This document shows positions 8,011 through 14,626 of a stretch of 24,519 nucleotides of DNA, piece after piece. The notes beneath the pieces were generated by a model. The model did not search any database and was not told the DNA's origin. It was given only the letters and a program-made list of their open reading frames with translations. The first letter of the stretch is position 1. Every line of letters begins with the position of its first letter. The position numbers and the translations under genes are program-made. This DNA comes from an uncultured virus (IMG/VR IMGVR_UViG_3300047322_001016) (lineage: Duplodnaviria; Heunggongvirae; Uroviricota; Caudoviricetes): IMG/VR virus record IMGVR_UViG_3300047322_001016. One strand, given 5' to 3'.

Positions 8011-8322
8011 TCATGCTCCTAGCATCCTGTGGAACCAGCTTTTCTTCGTCCCGAACTTCGCTTTCGCGGCCTCCGTTTTCGCGAGATACTCCCGATGCCG
8101 TTTGTCGCGCTCCGCTTCCTTCTCGAGCCACAGGCTGTACGGGAAGAACCTGGAGATCATGTCGGGATGGATGTATTCGCCGTTCTCGATCCTGATCGGA
8201 TGCCGCTTCCTGATCGCGTCCGCGACACTGTCGACTGGCTCCTTCGTCCACGCTTCGGCAGGCCCGTAGCCAGCGTTCGCGAACACGAGCCGCGTCCACA
8301 GCTCCTTTTCTTCAGCTGCCAT
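8011..8322 (-). CDS. Hypothetical protein (103 aa)
   Basis: GAAAGGGA RBS, ATG at 8322. Confidence 0.65.
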   Translation of the reverse strand: MAAEEKELWTRLVFANAGYGPAEAWTKEPVDSVADAIRKRHPIRIENGEYIHPDMISRFFPYSLWLEKEAERDKRHREYLAKTEAAKAKFGTKKSWFHRMLGA

Positions 8323-8524
8323 AATCGTCCCTTTCGCCATCCTCGACAACGTAGAGCGGACGGTCGAAATGACCCTTGTACCACTCGTCGAAGAACGACG
8401 GCCCCGACGACCGGTAGCCCTTCATCCTGTCGTCGGCGGCGGCCATCTCATAGGTGGGACGGTAGAGGCCGACGTACCGACGCGGCGTGCCGTCCGCGAA
8501 AGTTGGTTCGAACGTGAACCTCAC
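8312..8524 (-). CDS. Hypothetical protein (70 aa)
   Basis: GTGA-coupled; AGGAG RBS. Confidence 0.55.
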   Translation of the reverse strand: MRFTFEPTFADGTPRRYVGLYRPTYEMAAADDRMKGYRSSGPSFFDEWYKGHFDRPLYVVEDGERDDYGS

Positions 8525-8850
8525 GGCATCTCCTGCCACGGACGCAGGTCGTCGCATTCGGTCAGGTCCTGCCACGGAACGTCGAACACGTCCCGCTCCA
8601 CCACCACGAAGTTCAGGTACGAACCCACATGCACGTTCAGCACAACATCACCTTTCCTGAACCTTTCTCCGTCTTCGAGAATGTCGTGGTACGAGTTGAT
8701 CATCACACGCTGACCCGGAGGGTTCTTCATCCAGTACACCTTCCACGGCGGCAGCCTGCGAGCCACGTCCGCGACGGGAGCATGCTCGGGGTCGGCGAGC
8801 CACTCTTCCCACTCGGCCAGCTCTTCGTCGGTCGGAACGATCGGCTCCAT
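8521..8850 (-). CDS. Hypothetical protein (109 aa)
   Basis: TGATG overlap with the purA-like gene. Confidence 0.7.
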   Translation of the reverse strand: MEPIVPTDEELAEWEEWLADPEHAPVADVARRLPPWKVYWMKNPPGQRVMINSYHDILEDGERFRKGDVVLNVHVGSYLNFVVVERDVFDVPWQDLTECDDLRPWQEMP

Positions 8851-10310
8851 CAGACCTTCACCGGCTTGAGCGTCCTGTAGCTGGACGGCCCTTCCCCGAC
8901 GATCGTGACGGGAACGTTCCCGGCCGCCTGAATCACGTTCACGATGTCATACGGAACCTCACGTGGTTCCTGCGTCAGCTCGATCTCGCCGACGTTCGGG
9001 TAGCAGTCGAACAGACGCCGTGTGACGCACTCCATGTGCGAAATGTCGCCGCCCTTGATCCCTGTGACCTCGCCGCTCTCTCCCGTCGATAGATAGCGGC
9101 CGATGCCGTCGTCGCCGAAGTACTCGTACGACTCCACAACAGGCCACGCATCTCCTGAGAAAGCATCCAGGTGCGTCACCGCGATCGAGTCGGGACGGGT
9201 GCGCCCGACCGCATAGCGGAACGCGACCGCGTCGAACGGTGACCTGCGGAACTCGCCCGCCGTGCCGAACTCGTATTTCGGATGAATCTCGCGCTCGTTG
9301 GGCGCGTTGTGCGGCTCTTCCCACCAAAGCCTGTTCCCCTTCGCCGCGAAGTCGCGACTCTCATACGGACGCCTTCGGTTAGCGTCCGACGGGAACGGCC
9401 CCGCCCCGTGCCTGGTCGTGTACGAACGAACAACCCCGACCGTCTCCACATCAGTGGAGTCCAGGCCGGCGATCATCAGCTCGCTCCGCGCTGGCCCTGG
9501 CGTCACGTCCGACCATGTCGTGTGCGGATGGAACCCGACGGCCTCATCGAGCAGCACACCCTGCGACCCTTCCAGCACAACCGTTCCGGAATTCCGGAGC
9601 AGGTTCGACAGATGCACGTTGTCGACCAGTCTTGTCCTGGCCGCCCACTCCGCGTATCTGTCCACCCACGCTTCCACCGAAGCAGGCTTCTCCCCGTAAA
9701 GCAACAGGCGCGCGGCCTCGAGCCTGTCCGACCAGTTCGCGGTGTCGTCAGGGGGATGCTGATGGTCAACCCACCGATCCTGCTCCACACCGTAAAAAGC
9801 GATCAGCTTTTCCAGCCGCTTCCTGGTGGTCTGCTTGTCGGCGAGCTCGCCTGCGTGCAGCATCAGGCCGCCTTCTCCGATCACACGCCGCGTCTCGCCG
9901 ATCCCTTTCCCTGTGGTGCCGTGGGCCCTGCCGCGACGGTAGTACTCTTTCAGCAGGTTCGCGGCCTCATGGACGGGTGTCGTCACCAAACACCCTTTGT
10001 TGACCGACAGACGATCCCAAACGTCGGTTTCGCCGAGCGTCGCCAAATGGTAGTACTCGTTGAACATGTCGAGCGGGTTGATCATCATGTCCCGCCCCAG
10101 GTAGGTGTCGGCACCCGCGAACGTGCCCGACCCGAACTGCGCGAACGTGTGATGGCGCCCGTCGGGCGCGATCACATTGTGGGCGGCCTGTGCGCCGCCG
10201 CTGAACCTCATCACCGTGTGAGCCCCATGCTCCCGCGTCAGGTGTTCGACGACCTGGCCCTTGCCTTCGTCTCCGTACAGCAACCCTATAACGATGAACG
10301 CCTTGCTCAT
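8850..10310 (-). CDS. purA: Divergent adenylosuccinate synthetase family protein
   Basis: GDEGKG P-loop, RFSGGAQAAH, GTTGKGIG, EGSQGVLLD, YTTRHGAGPFPS, THLD, C-terminal GP. Confidence 0.9.
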   Translation of the reverse strand: MSKAFIVIGLLYGDEGKGQVVEHLTREHGAHTVMRFSGGAQAAHNVIAPDGRHHTFAQFGSGTFAGADTYLGRDMMINPLDMFNEYYHLATLGETDVWDRLSVNKGCLVTTPVHEAANLLKEYYRRGRAHGTTGKGIGETRRVIGEGGLMLHAGELADKQTTRKRLEKLIAFYGVEQDRWVDHQHPPDDTANWSDRLEAARLLLYGEKPASVEAWVDRYAEWAARTRLVDNVHLSNLLRNSGTVVLEGSQGVLLDEAVGFHPHTTWSDVTPGPARSELMIAGLDSTDVETVGVVRSYTTRHGAGPFPSDANRRRPYESRDFAAKGNRLWWEEPHNAPNEREIHPKYEFGTAGEFRRSPFDAVAFRYAVGRTRPDSIAVTHLDAFSGDAWPVVESYEYFGDDGIGRYLSTGESGEVTGIKGGDISHMECVTRRLFDCYPNVGEIELTQEPREVPYDIVNVIQAAGNVPVTIVGEGPSSYRTLKPVKV

Positions 10311-10326
10311 CTAGCCTCCCAATAGA

Positions 10327-10354
10327 GGGGCGGCCAGCTTCCGCCAGCCGCCCC
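10327..10354 (-). terminator. GC-rich hairpin between the collagen-like and purA-like genes
   Basis: ggggcggc / gccgcccc 8-bp stem; only a weak U-tract (TCTATT). Confidence 0.35.
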
Positions 10355-10361
10355 AGGTTCC

Positions 10362-11072
10362 TTACTTGAACACGATCGGACTGCCGACAGTCACGACCTT
10401 GAACGCCAACTTCGTGCCGTTGTTGCAGTCCGGCGCCGCACCCGTGCCTCCGTCGGCCATTCCATGGCCGGTGCCGCCATCCTCGCAGAGCCACCGCGTC
10501 CCGTCACCTAGTCCGGCGGGGCCGGGAGGTCCCTGCGCTCCCGTAGCACCAGTGAGTCCGACCGAACCAGCCGGGCCAGGTGCGCCCGTGTCGCCCTTCG
10601 CTCCGCTCGCACCAGTAGCTCCCGTATCACCCTTCGGTCCGCTCGGTCCAGCCGGGCCTGGATCTCCCTTCGGGCCCGCAGGGCCTGTCGTGCCTCCTGC
10701 CGCGGATCCGGCGGGGCCGGGAGGTCCGGCTGGGCCCGCTGGGCCCGCTGGGCCGACCGCACCCTTCGCTCCTGCAGGACCTGCGGGACCTGGTGCACCT
10801 TTGTCTCCCTTCGGGCCCTTCTGGCCTGCGCAATAAACATCAGGCTTGAGCGGCGTCAGCGTCCTACACGGAATCGCAACGCCGACCTTCCGAGTCTCAC
10901 CCGCAAGACACTTCTGGTACGGGATCTCCGCGATCGCGCGGACGACCCCGGTGTGGTTGTCGATGCAGAACGGGCCTGCGAGACGCCGGCCATGGTCTGC
11001 CGAAGCTGGAACCGCGATCACCGCAATCGTTGCGAGCGCGGTGACCACGATCAGCCAGAGATACTTCTTCAT
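10362..11072 (-). CDS. Secreted collagen-like protein
   Basis: Signal peptide MKK-hydrophobic-ASA; ~35 Gly-X-Y triplets in two blocks; Cys-containing flanking domains. Confidence 0.9.
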   Translation of the reverse strand: MKKYLWLIVVTALATIAVIAVPASADHGRRLAGPFCIDNHTGVVRAIAEIPYQKCLAGETRKVGVAIPCRTLTPLKPDVYCAGQKGPKGDKGAPGPAGPAGAKGAVGPAGPAGPAGPPGPAGSAAGGTTGPAGPKGDPGPAGPSGPKGDTGATGASGAKGDTGAPGPAGSVGLTGATGAQGPPGPAGLGDGTRWLCEDGGTGHGMADGGTGAAPDCNNGTKLAFKVVTVGSPIVFK

Positions 11073-11116
11073 GACTCTCCCCTTCGTCGTTGGTGGGCAA
11101 TTCGCCTTGTCCCCGA

Positions 11117-11206
11117 TTACCTTTTCGACCTCAGCGGCGACGACAGAACAGTTATCGCGCCGTCCACTTCGGCCCGCGCCACCGCGATTGTTTCCTGGTC
11201 GACCAT
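11117..11206 (-). CDS. Possible 29-aa peptide ([29 protein letters not shown])
   Basis: Preceded by an exact CAACGAAAGGAGA RBS; may be frameshift-truncated. Confidence 0.4.
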   Translation of the reverse strand: MVDQETIAVARAEVDGAITVLSSPLRSKR

Positions 11207-11224
11207 GTGTCTCCTTTCGTTGGT

Positions 11225-11263
11225 TCGCGGACCGGACCGCCGATTTGGCGGTCCGGTCCGCGA
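11225..11263. terminator. Perfect 17-bp hairpin just downstream of the vWA stop
   Basis: tcgcggaccggaccgcc-gattt-ggcggtccggtccgcga; no U-tract. Confidence 0.6.
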
Positions 11264-11270
11264 GATGGAA

Positions 11271-12308
11271 CTAGAGCCGTTCGGCTCCGCTGTCGGAGTC
11301 GTCGAACGAACCGTCGATCTCGGCGACCGCAGAGCCGCCGCCGCCGACCGTCGCAAGCGCCTTCCCGACGCTGCCGGCGATCCCCGACTCGACGCCGATC
11401 TCGGCCAGATGGCCGAGACCCTCGTCGATGTCGTCGATCACACCCTCACCCAAGCCGATGGTGAGCGCGATCGTTTCGCACACAGCGTCAGCGTCGGACA
11501 GCACGAGCGCGTTCTGCCCCAGCAGCATCCGCCACGTCGGGTCACCAGCGATCGGGGTGTCTTCGCCGATGATCTCCGCGGCCGTGTAGTTCGCCTGCTC
11601 CGCGAACAGGAAGTAGAGATCCCATTTTTCCTGCAGTTGTGCGTACACGTCTTCGGTGGAGAGGTTGTCCTGCAGCTTCGCTCCGATCAGCGACTCGACC
11701 TGGTGACGGTCGACCTTCGGATAGTTCCTTTCGTCGCCGATGAAAAACACGTAGCCCTTCTTGGAGCGCTTCTCCCACGCGTCGGTTGCCGTGTGGTTGG
11801 CGAGATAGTACGCCGCGAGCTCGTACGTCTCGTGCGTCTGGCCGCCGCCGCCGCCCTCCAGAATGAAGTTCTCGAGATTCTCGTCAGCCCTGTTGTCCGA
11901 CTCGAACTGCCCGATCTGCAACGGCACACGGTCGCACGTCGCATCGCCGATCGCCGCGTACAAGATCTGCGGGTGTTCCACGTAGCCCTTCTCGAGCAGC
12001 AGCCCGTACAGCTTCCCCAGCTTCGACTGCAACACCCGCGGGATCTTCCCCATCGAACCCGTCACGTCGAACACGACCGCGATCGGCAGCGACTCGGGAT
12101 GCTCGTCACTGTCCCGCGACTCACGGATCGGCTTGCCTTTGAACGGGCTGCCGTCACCAGCAACCCACGCAGGATCGAGCGTCTCGTGAACCTCGTACAC
12201 GCCTGTTGCGCGCGAGTGCGCGTCGTACGTGAACTGGTCGAGACCAGCGCTCGCCTTCGCCGACGTCCGCGACACATAGTTGACAGAACTCCAGGTTCCG
12301 CCGCCCAT
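11271..12308 (-). CDS. von Willebrand factor A (vWA) domain protein
   Basis: MIDAS-like FDVTGSMG, IGDA, EGGGGG...ETYELA, FFIGDE; N-terminal MGGGTWS. Confidence 0.9.
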   Translation of the reverse strand: MGGGTWSSVNYVSRTSAKASAGLDQFTYDAHSRATGVYEVHETLDPAWVAGDGSPFKGKPIRESRDSDEHPESLPIAVVFDVTGSMGKIPRVLQSKLGKLYGLLLEKGYVEHPQILYAAIGDATCDRVPLQIGQFESDNRADENLENFILEGGGGGQTHETYELAAYYLANHTATDAWEKRSKKGYVFFIGDERNYPKVDRHQVESLIGAKLQDNLSTEDVYAQLQEKWDLYFLFAEQANYTAAEIIGEDTPIAGDPTWRMLLGQNALVLSDADAVCETIALTIGLGEGVIDDIDEGLGHLAEIGVESGIAGSVGKALATVGGGGSAVAEIDGSFDDSDSGAERL

Positions 12309-12414
12309 AGTTACCACCTTCCCTTCGTTGTTTTGCCACTTGCGTGGCTTCGGGATCTGAGTCCCAGGCGGCCGATCGGGAACGCCACCTTATGACTCAA
12401 ATGTATCAAACTAA

Positions 12415-12507
12415 GCCTGCCAGACCGCGCCGCGCGTTGCCCTGCCATACCGGGCCCGGCCCCGACTGCCGTGCCATGCCACGCCTTGCCACGCCTAGAC
12501 CTGACGC
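12415..12507 (-). repeat. Mini (NN-GGY)n pentamer array, 17 units in 2 segments; putative guide RNA
   Basis: Plus-strand parse: gcct|gccag accgc gccgc gcgtt gccct gccat accgg gcccg gcccc|gact|gccgt gccat gccac gcctt gccac gccta gacct gacgc. Confidence 0.9.
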
Positions 12508-12510
12508 GCA

Positions 12511-12927
12511 TCAGTTTGCGATGTCGGCTCCAACCATCGCCAGGAACTCTTCGAACTCCTTGTATCGGTCGAACAGCTGCTTCCACTCCCGCTCCATAGA
12601 GATCAGAAGCAGCTTCCGAGTGAAATCGTCCTCGGCGATCCGCTCCACCGGTTCGTAGACGAACCCTTCGTCGGTCTGGATCGCGTGGAACGCCCTGACG
12701 CTTCTCTGCGGCCCGTTCTCGTCTGCTTCCTTGTAGACGATCTTGACGCTCGAGATCAGCTCGTGAGCACGATGTCTGTACCACGCTTCCGCCGCGTCCT
12801 TCACGTTGCGGTCGAACACAAACGCGTGAAGCGGATGGCTCTTCGGACGAGCCGCCTGCACGACCAACTCAGGCGTCAGCTTCCCGTTGGCGGCGTAGAT
12901 CGCCTGAAGCTCTTCCCGTAGGCTCAC
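12511..12927 (-). CDS. Accessory protein coupled to the Cas7-like gene (138 aa)
   Basis: GTGA overlap with the Cas7-like stop; G.LTPE.VV..AR...HPLH..F....AA motif. Confidence 0.85.
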   Translation of the reverse strand: MSLREELQAIYAANGKLTPELVVQAARPKSHPLHAFVFDRNVKDAAEAWYRHRAHELISSVKIVYKEADENGPQRSVRAFHAIQTDEGFVYEPVERIAEDDFTRKLLLISMEREWKQLFDRYKEFEEFLAMVGADIAN

Positions 12928-13595
12928 CCGATGACCTCGACTTCCTTGTCCGGGTCGACGCAGTACGTGCCGAACTCGCCGCCCTTCTCCGGCCTCCACT
13001 CTCCCACTCCGACGCCCATCCCGCCGGCGTCGATGAGAGCAAGAACCGACTCTCGGGTGAGAGCCGAGATCGGGTAGGTGACGGTCAGGCTCGTCTTCCA
13101 CTGCAGGAACTGCGGGCGGTACCGAAGATCGGTGCCGCCACGCGCGACCCTCACGACGTCCTCGCGCATGTTCGGCTCACCGTCGACCGGAACCATCATC
13201 CGCCCGTCGTTCCCGATCTCGCCCAGGAACCACAGGAACGACTTGATCTCCGTCATCTTGACGGCGTGGTAGAACCGGGCACCACCGACAGTGGCGTCCT
13301 TGAACGCGCCGGCGATCATCCCCGGCCGTCCGTCGTTCATCCGATAGAACGCGGCCTCGTACTCTGCTTCCGGGTCCTTCGCCTTCTTCGGCGACTTGCG
13401 GCCCTGCATGTTGTCGAGCATCTGCTTCTTCGCCTTCTCCGAGAACCGATGAACGATCAGCGGCGTGATCCCGAGGATCGGAACGATCAGCGTCTCCCGA
13501 GCGATCCGCTCGATGTGAAGCTCCGCACCGCCCGTGTCGGGTGCGTCCGTCGTTGCGCTCGAACCGTTGGATGCTGCAGCCTTCTTCGTTGCCAT
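12924..13595 (-). CDS. Stand-alone Cas7/RAMP-like protein (223 aa); putative effector of the pentamer-array RNA
   Basis: AAAGGAG RBS before ATG 13595. RAMP-like motifs: GITPLIVH (strand 1), GRPGMIAGAFKDA (cf. IPGSSLKG), thumb hairpin REDVVRV...DLRYRPQF, C-terminal G-rich loop GVGVGEWRPEKGGEFG. Confidence 0.8.
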   Translation of the reverse strand: MATKKAAASNGSSATTDAPDTGGAELHIERIARETLIVPILGITPLIVHRFSEKAKKQMLDNMQGRKSPKKAKDPEAEYEAAFYRMNDGRPGMIAGAFKDATVGGARFYHAVKMTEIKSFLWFLGEIGNDGRMMVPVDGEPNMREDVVRVARGGTDLRYRPQFLQWKTSLTVTYPISALTRESVLALIDAGGMGVGVGEWRPEKGGEFGTYCVDPDKEVEVIG

Positions 13596-13631
13596 GATCT
13601 TTTCTCCTTTGCTTGTGTTACGGGATGAACA

Positions 13632-14626
13632 ACCTTGCCTGCCAAGCCGGGCCGTGCCCAGCCTCGCCCCGCCTAGACACGCCCCGCCTAGCCGTGCCTG
13701 CCTGCCGTGCCACGCCCGACCTAGCCATACCGTGACGCGCCGTGCCGAGCCATGACGGGCCGTGCCTGCCACGCCTGACCATGCCGCGCCATGCCGGACC
13801 CAGACCTGCCGCGCCGAGCCTAGACTGCCGAGCCGTGCCGCGCCAGACCTTGCCGGGCAACGCCGAGCCGAGCCACGCCGTGCCATGACTGCCATGCCGA
13901 GCCACACCGTGCCGATGCCAGGCCCTGACTTGCCGAGCCAAGCCGCGCCGATCCTGCCAAGCCAAGCCGTGCCCGGATCCGCCGAGCCCTGCCGTGCCGA
14001 GCCATACCGAGACCCGCCTAGCCGGGACTGCCAGGCCATGCCATACCGTGCCCGGACGCGCCAAGCCCCGCCCCGCCACGCCTGCCGAGCCCTGCCACGC
14101 CCAGCCGTGCCAAGCCAAGTCTGGCCGTGCCCTGCCGAGACGGGCCGTGACGCGCCGCGCCTTGCCTGCCATGCCGAGCCATGCCGTGACCTGCCCCGAC
14201 ACACCGGGCCAAGCCTGCCTTGCCGTGCCCTACCTGGCCCCGCCACGCCTAACCTCTTCCCGCCATGCCTGGCCTCGCCTGCCCAGCCGCGCCAAGCCGT
14301 GCCGCGCCCTGCCATGTCGAGACGAGCCTTGCCTTGCCTGCCACGCCCTGTCACGCCGAGCCCTGCCCGACCAAGTTCTGCCATGCCGCGCGTTGCCATG
14401 CCTGTCTTGCCACGCCGTGCCTGGCCGCACCGTGCCGCGCCTAGCCACACCAGCCGTGCCATGCCCCAACTCGCCGGGCCATGCCTGCCTTGCCTGGCCG
14501 TGCCATGCCGTGCCCGACCGCGCCTGGACACGCCGCGCCCAGTCTCGCCCAGCCACGCCGAGCCGCGCCTTGCCTGCCGGGCCACGCCGGGACTCGCCCG
14601 GCCAGACCTTGCCCCGCCATGCCACG
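13632..14626 (-). repeat. Large (NN-GGY)n pentamer array, ~184 units in 16 segments; putative multi-guide non-coding RNA
   Basis: Strict 5-nt periodicity gccNN (variants acc, gac, gtc) on the plus strand, punctuated by 4-nt units (mostly gcct) every 6-17 pentamers. Confidence 0.95.

Noticed and set aside
8850..10310. PurZ / 2-aminoadenine (Z-genome) pathway
   Set aside because: The P-loop keeps Asp (GDEGKG) rather than Ser, and no dATPase, MazZ or DNA polymerase partner is seen in the window.
10510..10830. GC-rich 9-nt periodic repeats
   Set aside because: Fully explained by collagen Gly-X-Y codons; unrelated to the pentamer arrays.
9282..12395. Long plus-strand ORFs (347 aa, 480 aa and similar elsewhere)
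   Set aside because: Antisense shadows of high-GC minus-strand genes, with no RBS or recognisable motifs.
14340..14399. Possible self-targeting: 7/12 dinucleotides match the purA-like gene (..L.KLIAF, near 9792-9827); segment 13956-14025 partly matches VEIDP.G in ORF 1525-1863
   Set aside because: Partial matches at this level are roughly expected by chance given ~18 segments and thousands of codons. I could not do an exhaustive self-search by eye.
13632..14626. Canonical CRISPR array or simple microsatellite
   Set aside because: No 23-50-nt direct repeats with spacers. The NN positions are highly diverse and regularly punctuated, unlike slippage-derived satellites.
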